Shown here in pieces: positions 28,291-37,443 of a stretch of DNA of 64,000 nucleotides. The stretch is from the IMG/VR virus record IMGVR_UViG_3300045988_065571; one strand, 5' to 3'. The notes below the pieces were generated by a model. It was not told the DNA's origin, did not search any database, and worked only from the letters and a program-made list of their open reading frames with translations. Each line of letters opens with the position of its first letter. The first letter of the stretch is position 1. Origin of the DNA: a virus. A program made the position numbers and the translations under genes.

Positions 28291-29033
28291 GAATTTATAG
28301 CAGTAGTTATGAGTTAATGTCTGAAATGGGCAGAGAACTCAACAGTTATGGTCAAACTGTAAAACCAAAGACTTACCAGAATAAGAATATTGAAGGTAAT
28401 GAAGATTTTGTAACTAAAGAGATCATTTGCCAACAATATTGCTTAACTTCTTTGCAAGATCCAACGTGGTTATTCTTCTATTCAAGGTCTAGGGAATGGG
28501 CAGATGCTGAGTTCCAAGAAAGGATTAATACTTCTGAGGTAATTAACCCGGGCAAAGCTTGGGAATTAAGAAAAGACTTATGGGAACAGTTTTTGGTAGG
28601 TGGTAAATTTGATTACACCTATAATGAAAGAATTTACCATGTTATCAAAGACGTAATTAAATTACTTAGGGAGGATAATGATACTCGTAAAGCAGTACTC
28701 CCTATATTTAATGGAGACCAGGAATCTTTAGATACTTTCTGGTATGATGGAAGTAGACGTATTCCATGTTCTATGTACTATGATTTCCTTATCCGAGAGA
28801 ATAGTAAGGGAGAGAAGGTATTACACATTTGCTATCACCAAAGAAGTTCGGACTTTGTTACTCACTTTGGTAATGATGTATATCTTGCATGGAGACTAAT
28901 GGAACATGTAGCTAAAGAAGTAGGAGTAAAACCTGGTTATTTATATCACACCATAGATTCATTACATGCTTATCAAAAAGACTGGGATAAGTTATCCAGT
29001 TCTCTAAGAGTATTCGAGGATACTATCATATAA
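28287..29033 (+). CDS. thymidylate synthase-family enzyme, candidate pyrimidine (dCMP/dUMP) hydroxymethylase
   Basis: RRIPCSMYYDF (catalytic Cys), LHICYHQRSSDFVTHFGNDVY (RSxD core with N-D where ThyA has F-N), DSLHAY (ThyA: D.H.Y). Confidence 0.7.
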   Translation: MRIYSSSYELMSEMGRELNSYGQTVKPKTYQNKNIEGNEDFVTKEIICQQYCLTSLQDPTWLFFYSRSREWADAEFQERINTSEVINPGKAWELRKDLWEQFLVGGKFDYTYNERIYHVIKDVIKLLREDNDTRKAVLPIFNGDQESLDTFWYDGSRRIPCSMYYDFLIRENSKGEKVLHICYHQRSSDFVTHFGNDVYLAWRLMEHVAKEVGVKPGYLYHTIDSLHAYQKDWDKLSSSLRVFEDTII

Positions 29034-29104
29034 TACATGCTTTATTTCTATTTTGTTTTGATGTCATTTTCGCAAAATGATTTAAAGTAACTCATATCAG
29101 GTTT

Positions 29105-29145
29105 AAGGAAGTAGGTCTGGGAAGATATACTTCCTTATTTTATTT
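29105..29145 (+). terminator. intrinsic terminator upstream of DNA polymerase gene
   Basis: 9-bp stem AAGGAAGTA/TACTTCCTT, 14-nt loop, then ATTTTATTT. Confidence 0.6.
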
Positions 29146-29158
29146 AAAAACTTCTAGT

Positions 29159-31465
29159 ATGGAAACGAAATATAAGATTATAACCAATAAACAAGAGCTA
29201 AAGAAACTTATACAGTGTTGTAAGCAAACTGGTTATGCTTCTGTGGACTTTGAAACAAATGCAGAGCCAATATATAACAAATCTTTTAAACCAACTATAT
29301 TATCAGTAACTTTTCAACCGGGTTTTGGATGTTCTATACCTTTAGATCATTTCGAAACTGAAAAGTATACTTCTAAGGGATGGAATTGGAAAAAGATGCT
29401 TCGTAAATTTGGTGAAGAGGTAATTGAAAATCCAAATGTAGTTAAAGTTGCTTGGAACTACAAATTCGATGATCAGATATTTCAAAAGTATAATATCTAT
29501 TATCGAGGAGCATGTTTGGATGGTATGCTTGCTAAATATGTATTAAACGAAGAAAAACCTCATGATCTTAAGTCAATGGTAAGAAGGTATTTACCAGAAT
29601 ATGGGGATTATGAGAAGCAAGATAAATTCGATAAGATTCCCTGGGATAAAAAAGAATTAGAACCACTTTGTCATTATGGATGCCAAGATACAGATTATAC
29701 TCTTAGGTTAATGTTATTCTTTGAGAAAAAGTTAATTGATCTGGGTTTATACTCCGTATACCGTAACCTTTTCATGTGTAATTCTCGGGTACTTACTTCA
29801 GTAGAAAAAGAGGGTTTATATGTAGATGTTGATTTCAATAAGAAATTATTAGACGAATATCTACCAAAGATTGAGAATGCTAAAGATATCATATATAATC
29901 TTCCTAGAGTAAAGAAGTTTACTAAACAGTATAATCAATCCAAAATAGATAAGTATATTGCTAGCTTAGAAGAAGAGATAGAAAATTTGGACCCAGAAAT
30001 AGACAAAAGAAAAATACAATCTAGGGAACAAAAAATCTCTAATATTCGAGCAGGAATCTTTACTACAAAGAAAGAGAAGGATCTTATAAGGATGGTAAAC
30101 CTTGGTAGCTCAACTGATTTACCTCAATTGATGTATTCTGATATTGGTTTTAAATACCCGATCATTAAGTATACGGTTGATAGTAAAACAGGTAAAGAGA
30201 CTAATAAACCAAGTACGGATGAAGAAACTCTTATCAATCTGAGACTAAAGGTAAAAGACCCAGAATCACCTAAAGCAATATTCCTTGATCGTTTACTAGA
30301 ACTAAGAGGTTTAGAGAAAATGTATAAAACCTATATATTAGGCTGGTCAGAAAAGATTCAAGATGATAATAGGTTACATGGTAGATACAATATACATGGT
30401 ACTGATTCTAATCGTTTTAGTTCTGCAGACCCAAATATGCAACAAATACCTAAGACTTCAGTAGACCCCAATATAAAGAAACAACTACTAGCTCCTCCCG
30501 GATATTTATATATGGCTTTTGACTACTCTCAAGCAGAGTTAAGAATGATGGCTCATCTATCTGGAGATGAAACTTATCTTAAGGCTTTTAGAGATGGAGT
30601 AGACCCTCACTTATCTATTGCAGCGGCAAAATACCATGTATCAATTGAAGAAGCAAGTAAGGCTTATGATGATGAAAACCATCCAGATCATAAATTATGG
30701 AAGAACCGAAGGAAACAGGCTAAACAAATTGCATTCGGACTTATTTATGGTATTGGAGATGCTTTATTAGCAGTAAAACTATCCGATCCAAAAGCTGGTA
30801 TTATAGTTACAAAAGAAGAAGCACATAAAGAAATGGAAATCTTCTTTAAACAACATCCCAAAATCCTTAAATTTAAAGAAAAACAAGAGAGATTCCTTCG
30901 TAAGCATGGGTATTATATCCAATTATTTGGTACTAAAAGGAGATTACCACAAATATATTCTCATGATAGGCAAGAGGAGGCTTATGCTATTAGATTAGGT
31001 CTTAATTTCCCTTGTCAGGGAGCAGCTGCAAATATGACTAATTTTGGAGCTATTCTTGTTTATTGGTTAATGAGACAAGGTAAATTACCAATGATGAAAG
31101 AAGCCTGTACAGTACATGATGCAGTATATATGTATTCTAAACCAGAAGATATAAATACCTGGACTGTATATACCATTTGGAATATCCTACGTAACCCAAG
31201 TACTAAGAAATATTTTGGTTTTCAAGTTGATGACGTAGATATGGATATGGATTTTACAATTGGTAGGTCTATGGCAGAAGAATTACCATTTATTCCAGGA
31301 TACGATTATAATAAGATGCTTCAACCAGATTTTTCAGTAGAGGAATATATGGAAGAGCATAAGAAATATAAGCATATACACATCAAACAATTCAAAGAAA
31401 GGTTTAACAAACAAATAAAGAAGTATGAAGAAGATTTTAAACGGACCCACGGTATGGAGAGCTAA
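29159..31465 (+). CDS. family A DNA polymerase with 3'-5' exonuclease domain
   Basis: Exo motifs SVDFETN, WNYKFD, YGCQDTD. Pol motif A DYSQAELR, motif B RRKQAKQIAFGLIYG, motif C VHDAV. Confidence 0.9.
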   Translation: METKYKIITNKQELKKLIQCCKQTGYASVDFETNAEPIYNKSFKPTILSVTFQPGFGCSIPLDHFETEKYTSKGWNWKKMLRKFGEEVIENPNVVKVAWNYKFDDQIFQKYNIYYRGACLDGMLAKYVLNEEKPHDLKSMVRRYLPEYGDYEKQDKFDKIPWDKKELEPLCHYGCQDTDYTLRLMLFFEKKLIDLGLYSVYRNLFMCNSRVLTSVEKEGLYVDVDFNKKLLDEYLPKIENAKDIIYNLPRVKKFTKQYNQSKIDKYIASLEEEIENLDPEIDKRKIQSREQKISNIRAGIFTTKKEKDLIRMVNLGSSTDLPQLMYSDIGFKYPIIKYTVDSKTGKETNKPSTDEETLINLRLKVKDPESPKAIFLDRLLELRGLEKMYKTYILGWSEKIQDDNRLHGRYNIHGTDSNRFSSADPNMQQIPKTSVDPNIKKQLLAPPGYLYMAFDYSQAELRMMAHLSGDETYLKAFRDGVDPHLSIAAAKYHVSIEEASKAYDDENHPDHKLWKNRRKQAKQIAFGLIYGIGDALLAVKLSDPKAGIIVTKEEAHKEMEIFFKQHPKILKFKEKQERFLRKHGYYIQLFGTKRRLPQIYSHDRQEEAYAIRLGLNFPCQGAAANMTNFGAILVYWLMRQGKLPMMKEACTVHDAVYMYSKPEDINTWTVYTIWNILRNPSTKKYFGFQVDDVDMDMDFTIGRSMAEELPFIPGYDYNKMLQPDFSVEEYMEEHKKYKHIHIKQFKERFNKQIKKYEEDFKRTHGMES

Positions 31466-31634
31466 ATGCCTTTACTGTGATTGTGAATTCGAATACGATT
31501 GTTCAGAAGTGGATTCACATACTTTTGCTGATTGTAAAGTGGTTAAATGCCCAGGTTGCAATAGGTACCTTCATCATGAAGACAGTACTAAATCTACTAC
31601 AGAAACGAAAAGAGAGGATACTATGACAACATAA
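31425..31634 (+). CDS. small zinc-ribbon protein
   Basis: CLYCDC...CKVVKCPGC cysteine pairs. Overlaps the polymerase 3' end by 41 nt, so the start is uncertain. Confidence 0.45.
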   Translation: MKKILNGPTVWRAKCLYCDCEFEYDCSEVDSHTFADCKVVKCPGCNRYLHHEDSTKSTTETKREDTMTT

Positions 31635-31653
31635 CTAATTAAAATTTTAGATT

Positions 31654-32160
31654 ATGGAAAATGACACATTAAAGAAAGATGCCGATAAGGTAATCAATGT
31701 AACTTACATGTTATCTGGAGTATTAGAACAATCATTCCAAGAAATGGATGAAATTTTGGATAGATTACACAAAAGACTTCACCATGAAGACAGAAGGTTA
31801 ATCAATTCTATCCGAAAACACATAAGATTTCTCAATTCAAACATAGAATCACTAAGAACTCATTCACTTTCTAAGATGGATGAAGAAACAGTAGAATGCT
31901 TTGATGATACTACTCTTAGATTTTATGTAATCTTCATGAAATTACTTGAAGTTGCTGGTATAGATTACCTTTGCGATTTACGATTATACTCCATATATAA
32001 CCTGTTGGATAAATATCAATCTCTTACTAGTTATCCTAAATTGGATTCTAGGGCTAAGATTGCTTTCCTACAAGTTAAGAGAGATATAGAAAGTGGTCAG
32101 TATTCTGCCGAAGACATGAAAAACGTTTTTAAGTTGAAAGATGAAAACCGAGATAAATAA
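31654..32160 (+). CDS. hypothetical protein
   Basis: 168-aa ORF. Its 30-nt leader plus start is identical to that of the gene at 57590. Confidence 0.65.
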   Translation: MENDTLKKDADKVINVTYMLSGVLEQSFQEMDEILDRLHKRLHHEDRRLINSIRKHIRFLNSNIESLRTHSLSKMDEETVECFDDTTLRFYVIFMKLLEVAGIDYLCDLRLYSIYNLLDKYQSLTSYPKLDSRAKIAFLQVKRDIESGQYSAEDMKNVFKLKDENRDK

Positions 32161-32560
32161 ACTTAAGGTAGTATTTGAGGGTAGAACCTTAGAAATAGAT
32201 ATTCAAAAGGAATTATCTATCAATGAGAACTTATTAAATTCTCAGCTAAAGGATTCTCCCTCTAGTTATTATATACTTGCTTCATTAAGAGATAAGTATA
32301 TAAAACAAAGAGATGCTTTAGCAAGAGAAAAAGAGGAAGCATATTCTGCTGCATGGGTATTTATAAAAGATTCCAATGAGAGGTTCAATAATGATTACGT
32401 ATCTCATAAAGCTAATATAAACCCCAAATATAAATCTATTTGCAAAAGGTATCTAAAGGCTGCAGCTAAAGCTAATAAATTTATAGCTATCTGTAAAGCT
32501 TATGAGAGTAGAGAAGGCATCTTAAGAACTCTTAATGCCAATATCCGTAAGTTACAGTAG
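32141..32560 (+). CDS. hypothetical protein (possible UvsY-like recombination mediator)
   Basis: 139 aa, helical. Size and neighbourhood (SSB-like and RecA-like genes follow). Similarity judged only by eye. Confidence 0.25.
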   Translation: MKTEINKLKVVFEGRTLEIDIQKELSINENLLNSQLKDSPSSYYILASLRDKYIKQRDALAREKEEAYSAAWVFIKDSNERFNNDYVSHKANINPKYKSICKRYLKAAAKANKFIAICKAYESREGILRTLNANIRKLQ

Positions 32561-32595
32561 GAACTATAAAAGATTACTAACTAAATTTTATAAAT

Positions 32596-32985
32596 ATGTA
32601 TAATTTACAACTTATATCAACTCTAGTAGCTAAGAAGCTTGGTAATAGTATTCCAGGTTTACCCGTAGAAAATAAAATCTTGGTATATTCTCCCAAAGAG
32701 ATTAATACCACTGCTTCTGGTATTATTATTCCGGATATGGTAAAGGAAGGAGTTCCTCGTAAGGGTGTTGTTATTAAATCTGGTGTAATCACAGAAGAAT
32801 ATCAAACTTACAAGGACCACGTGGAAATCGGTCGTATAATCGAATATGGATTGTATGCTGGTAAAGAACATCAATTCGATAAAAACCTCTTGCCAGAAGA
32901 ATTACAACCTTTTTATGATAAAGGATTATTTACTGTACTGGCTTTGAACGAAATATCTTATTCAGAACCCAATAACTTAGATTGA
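32596..32985 (+). CDS. GroES-like co-chaperonin
   Basis: ENKILVYSPKEINTTASGIIIPDMVKEGVPRKGVVIKSG follows the Cpn10 pattern (mobile loop, then GxVvAvG-like). Confidence 0.6.
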   Translation: MYNLQLISTLVAKKLGNSIPGLPVENKILVYSPKEINTTASGIIIPDMVKEGVPRKGVVIKSGVITEEYQTYKDHVEIGRIIEYGLYAGKEHQFDKNLLPEELQPFYDKGLFTVLALNEISYSEPNNLD

Positions 32986-32986
32986 T

Positions 32987-33796
32987 ATGATTAAAGATAA
33001 GGACAAAAAGAAAAAGAAATTATCTTCTAGTGGCATGACTACTAAAGATAAGATGTTAGCCCGGAAAAAACAATTAGAATCCAAGGGTAATGGTAGTGGA
33101 TTGGTATTCCCTAAAGAGGGAACCTTAAGAATGAGAATCAAATCTCCAGGCGATGATCAAGAATTGGGTATTGAATTGATTCAGTTCTATCTGAATAAAG
33201 ATTTGGGAGGAGTTATTTCTCCGGCTACTTTTGATGAACCATGTCCCTTTATGGAAAAGTACCAGGAACTGAAAAACTCAAAAGACCCAGATGACCAGGA
33301 ACTTGCAAAGATGTTGGTACCAAGAAGAAAATACGTAGTGGGCGGAATAATATATTCGGATGAAAAAGGTACTAAGGTAGATTATGAAGGAAAAGATAAG
33401 GGAGTATTAATCCCAAGATCAGTATACCAGGATATTATCGACCTTTACTTGGATGAAGATGAAGCTGGAGATATGACAGACCCAAGAACGGGATACGATA
33501 TAAAAATTATCCGTTCTGGTTCAGGTAAGAATGATACTACATATTCGGCTCGTGCATGTAAACCTACTAAACTTGACAAGAAGTATTCAGGTAACGTAGA
33601 TTTGGAATCTATAGTAAGATCTCAGATTAAAGATTATGATGAACTGGAGGAAACTTTGGCCTCATTCTTAAAAGAAGGAAGAGATTCTGATGAAGAGGAT
33701 GAAAAACCAAAGAAGAAAAAGAAAGGCATTCATAAGGATCACTACATGGATGATGAGCCAAAGAAGAAAAAGAGAAAGTATAAGTCAGATATTTGA
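32987..33796 (+). CDS. putative ssDNA-binding protein
   Basis: 269 aa with an acidic tail (DSDEEDE), next to the recombinase. No firm motif. Confidence 0.35.
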   Translation: MIKDKDKKKKKLSSSGMTTKDKMLARKKQLESKGNGSGLVFPKEGTLRMRIKSPGDDQELGIELIQFYLNKDLGGVISPATFDEPCPFMEKYQELKNSKDPDDQELAKMLVPRRKYVVGGIIYSDEKGTKVDYEGKDKGVLIPRSVYQDIIDLYLDEDEAGDMTDPRTGYDIKIIRSGSGKNDTTYSARACKPTKLDKKYSGNVDLESIVRSQIKDYDELEETLASFLKEGRDSDEEDEKPKKKKKGIHKDHYMDDEPKKKKRKYKSDI

Positions 33797-33878
33797 TAAA
33801 TTGGTTTTATAAATGGTTGGTAGAGGAGGTAATTCAAGAAATTGGTTATCTCCTTTATTTATGTTAATACATTACAGT

Positions 33879-35027
33879 ATGGCAAAAGGAAAAGTGGGTT
33901 TAAAAGTTCCCTCTAAAAACGAATTACTAAAGAAATATGGGTCATCAATAGTACTTGCTTCTGAAACAAAAGAAACAGGTCTATGGTTACCAAGTACTTT
34001 CTTTGCATTGAATTATACCTTTGGTGGAGGAATCCCATTTGGTAAAATCCTAGAAGTAGCAGGAGAAGAATCCTCTGGTAAATCACTTATAGCTTACAAC
34101 TTTGCTTATTCATGTCAACAACTGGGAGGGCATGTAATATGGGTAGATGCTGAACAATCATGGATGAATTCCTGGGCTCAAACTAATGGGGTTGATCCAG
34201 AAAGAGTTACAGTAGTTAATGATACTCGTATTGAGAATGTTGCGGATGCAGTAGCAGATTTAGCATTATATTTCAGATCTCAGTTAACACATAATGAACC
34301 CATACTTCTGGTAATAGATTCAGTTGCTGCTATGGATTGTGCAGATAACATAGATTCCAAGATGACAGATGCTAAAGCAGAGATGGGAGGTAGAGCAAAG
34401 GCTTTATATAAATACTTCCGTATCAGAAGCGAATTATTTTATCGACTGGGAGTTACACAGATTTATATTAATCAATTAAGAACTGCATTGAATGTTGGAT
34501 TCGGAAAAGATAATACAACAACTACAGGAGGCGCAGCACTTAAGTTCTACGCTTCAATCAGAGCTGCTTTCTATTCAGGAAGATCTATCACTGTTAAGCA
34601 AAAGGGTAAAGAACGCAAAGCTGGGAAACTCGTCACGGTTCGACTTATTAAAAATAAAGTTGCTCCTCCAAGACCTACAATCAGCAAATGCCCAGTATAC
34701 TTCAATCCTAAGTTCCATGAGGTTGGATTTGATAGATGCTTTGGATTAGAAGATGTATTGGTAGAAAACGATATAATCATTAAATCCTCAGGTGGAGTAT
34801 ATAAACTCAAGGATAAAACCCTTGCAAGAGGGGAAGAGAAATTCCAAAAGCTTTTGGAAGAAGACGATGACTTAAGAAGAAAGCTTTTAAGGAAAGCAGA
34901 TATAAATACCATTGGTACTACTCGTAAGAAACTAGAAGCTCTTACAGAAAACTGTTATCCCATAGATGGAGTAGAATACGAATCCTATAATGAATCAGAA
35001 GACGAAGAGGAGGAAGACGATGAGTAA
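33879..35027 (+). CDS. RecA/UvsX-type recombinase
   Basis: Walker A GEESSGKS, Walker B LLVIDSVAAM, acidic C-terminus. The ATG at 33879 (MAKGKV) is preferred over the listed 33813 start. Confidence 0.85.
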   Translation: MAKGKVGLKVPSKNELLKKYGSSIVLASETKETGLWLPSTFFALNYTFGGGIPFGKILEVAGEESSGKSLIAYNFAYSCQQLGGHVIWVDAEQSWMNSWAQTNGVDPERVTVVNDTRIENVADAVADLALYFRSQLTHNEPILLVIDSVAAMDCADNIDSKMTDAKAEMGGRAKALYKYFRIRSELFYRLGVTQIYINQLRTALNVGFGKDNTTTTGGAALKFYASIRAAFYSGRSITVKQKGKERKAGKLVTVRLIKNKVAPPRPTISKCPVYFNPKFHEVGFDRCFGLEDVLVENDIIIKSSGGVYKLKDKTLARGEEKFQKLLEEDDDLRRKLLRKADINTIGTTRKKLEALTENCYPIDGVEYESYNESEDEEEEDDE

Positions 35028-35898
35028 GAAAACGATATTACTAATAGATGGAGAGAATATACTTCACCAAAGTTTCCATAAGTTCGAAAAACTTAAGTCT
35101 ACCGATGGAAAACCAAGTGGAGCAATATTCGGATTTTTTAGATCATTACATGGGTTCTTACATAGGTGGGACCCAGATGAGGTTATTATAACTTTTGATA
35201 ATGGACACTCTCCTTATAGAGATGCTTTGTTACCAGATTATAAGGGACATAGGAAAAATATTTCAGTAGATTATGAATCTCTTCAATCTCAAAAACGTAT
35301 TATTATGGGTATGCTTAAGCTCCTAAGAATTAAATATGTTTTTGATAAGCATAATTCTACTAAATATGAAGGAGATGATTTCTTAGCATACCTAGTTTTA
35401 AATAAAAAACCCACTGAGAAGGTAATCATAATATCATCCGATAAGGACTTTAATCAACTTATCGGTAAAGACGTAAAAATAAACAATCCAAGAAAAGATG
35501 AGATGATTCATCAGGGTAATTGTAAGGAACTATTCGGATATTCTCCTGAAGAAACAGTAGATTACCTTTCAATGGTGGGGGATACTTCGGATGATATCAA
35601 AGGTATACCAGGTATTGGTCCTGTAAAAGCTAGGAAAATATTGGACGAATATGGTACTTTGGATAAATTTCTAGAGCATCATCATCAAACTTCTCATGTA
35701 GAGATTGCAGAAAGGAATAAGAAGCTTATAGATTTAAGATTATTTCAAAAAGAAGTACCATTATCCAAGTTACCTATGAAAAAGTTTGCTAATAAGGAGA
35801 TAAAATACAAGAAATTCAAAGAAGTCTGTATCGAATACTCTTTAGCATCCTTTATGACAAATGAATTTATGAAACCCTTTAAAGATTTGTTATCATGA
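35020..35898 (+). CDS. 5'-3' exonuclease / flap endonuclease (RNase H-like)
   Basis: LLIDGENILHQSFH (PIN-like N-terminus), SSDKDFNQL, H3TH motif GDTSDDIKGIPGIGPVKARKIL. ATG 35020 overlaps the recA-like stop by 8 nt. Confidence 0.85.
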   Translation: MSKKTILLIDGENILHQSFHKFEKLKSTDGKPSGAIFGFFRSLHGFLHRWDPDEVIITFDNGHSPYRDALLPDYKGHRKNISVDYESLQSQKRIIMGMLKLLRIKYVFDKHNSTKYEGDDFLAYLVLNKKPTEKVIIISSDKDFNQLIGKDVKINNPRKDEMIHQGNCKELFGYSPEETVDYLSMVGDTSDDIKGIPGIGPVKARKILDEYGTLDKFLEHHHQTSHVEIAERNKKLIDLRLFQKEVPLSKLPMKKFANKEIKYKKFKEVCIEYSLASFMTNEFMKPFKDLLS

Positions 35899-36473
35899 AA
35901 AGAATTATGTTTGTAGGACCTAGTGGAATAGGAAAAACCACTTTAGCAAAGTTTATAGAAGGTAAATATGGTATACCCTTTATTTCTGGTAGTATGACTG
36001 ACTTAATGCCAGATACAAAAGAGATGCACCATGCCGAGTTTTTACACCAAGAATGTGGAGAACTCATAAACAAGGATTATCAGCTGTTGAATCTGAGAAA
36101 TAAGCTTTTTAAGGATAAAGAATCATTTGTAACTGATCGTAGTTATGTAGATTTAGCAGCTTATTTCATATATAAACAATCTACTAATATCCCCGAATGT
36201 GAAGTAGATGCTTTCTTAGATATATGCAAAGATCTTACAGTTCAACAATGTGATTTATTAATATACCTTCCCTTGAGTATGTACAATATGAAAGAATGGC
36301 CAATGGAAGACAATAAGAAGAGAATCATAAATAGATATTATCAGGTTCAGATGTCAGATATAATGGGTAACCTGTTAACTCAGTGGAGTACTTTAAGTGT
36401 AATAGATATATTAGTAGTACCCCAATTAGATTTCTACGACAGAATACACATGATAATGTCAAGATTGGATTAA
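35895..36473 (+). CDS. P-loop deoxynucleotide (mono)phosphate kinase-like protein
   Basis: Walker A FVGPSGIGKTT, and DRSYVDLAAY resembling dNK/dNMP-kinase families. Confidence 0.55.
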   Translation: MKRIMFVGPSGIGKTTLAKFIEGKYGIPFISGSMTDLMPDTKEMHHAEFLHQECGELINKDYQLLNLRNKLFKDKESFVTDRSYVDLAAYFIYKQSTNIPECEVDAFLDICKDLTVQQCDLLIYLPLSMYNMKEWPMEDNKKRIINRYYQVQMSDIMGNLLTQWSTLSVIDILVVPQLDFYDRIHMIMSRLD

Positions 36474-36474
36474 T

Positions 36475-37443
36475 ATGAAGAAACAAGTAATAGCAATAGT
36501 TTTCTCGGATTTACACCTAAATTTATGGGCTAAGTTCAATGAAGACAATAAAAGAACCCTGAATCATTTCAGGGTTTTGTCGATTATACAAGAGAAATGT
36601 AAAGAGTATAATTGCCCAGCATTATTCTGTGGAGATTTCTTCCATAAGCCTGAAACTATGGACCAAGATCTTATGGAATTGACCTATGAGAAATTTAAGG
36701 AATTAAAGTTAAGAGAAAACCAGATAGAGATATTTTCTATATCAGGGAATCACGACTTGAAGAAAGTTAGCTTTATAGGTAATAAACCCTTTTCATGGGT
36801 TAAGTTTTTAGAACAATTCGGGATAGTGAACTTAGATTACGGTAAAAGATGGCTGGGTATGAATGCAGTAGTATACGGTATACCATACATAGATCACAAT
36901 GTAGGTTTATCCGAATATCTGAAAAATATAAAGCTTGATAAAGATGCTGATAATATCCTTATGCTTCATACCGATTATCCTGGGGCAAAAGATACTGATG
37001 GTAGGGAGATTGATTCAGTAGAAAATCTAAATCTGAACGTACTGAATAGGTTTGATTTAATCCTTTGTGGTCATATACACAAACCACAAAGATTATCAAA
37101 GAAGGTTTATATGATTGGAGCTCCTTTACAACAGAGAAGAACCGATAAAGATTGTAAATTGGGATATTGGAAACTTTATTCGGATTTATCTATGGAATTT
37201 GTAGAACTGAAAGGATTCCCAAAATTTATAGATGTTGAATCCGAAGATGAAATTAAGGATGATGGCAATTATTATACCATTTTACCCAAGAAAACTAGTA
37301 TTCAAGTAAATACAAATCATAAGATTACTAAGCAAGTTTCTAAGAAAACTCTAGCAAAAAGATACTTAAGGGAAAAAGGTATAAAAGATGATGCTAAGAA
37401 ACAACTTTTAATTGACACTTTAAACAAAGCTGAATCATGTTGA
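36475..37443 (+). CDS. SbcD/Mre11-like nuclease (gp47-like)
   Basis: Calcineurin-type motifs VFSDLHL, GDFFH, GNHD, LHTD, GHIH. Confidence 0.8.
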   Translation: MKKQVIAIVFSDLHLNLWAKFNEDNKRTLNHFRVLSIIQEKCKEYNCPALFCGDFFHKPETMDQDLMELTYEKFKELKLRENQIEIFSISGNHDLKKVSFIGNKPFSWVKFLEQFGIVNLDYGKRWLGMNAVVYGIPYIDHNVGLSEYLKNIKLDKDADNILMLHTDYPGAKDTDGREIDSVENLNLNVLNRFDLILCGHIHKPQRLSKKVYMIGAPLQQRRTDKDCKLGYWKLYSDLSMEFVELKGFPKFIDVESEDEIKDDGNYYTILPKKTSIQVNTNHKITKQVSKKTLAKRYLREKGIKDDAKKQLLIDTLNKAESC

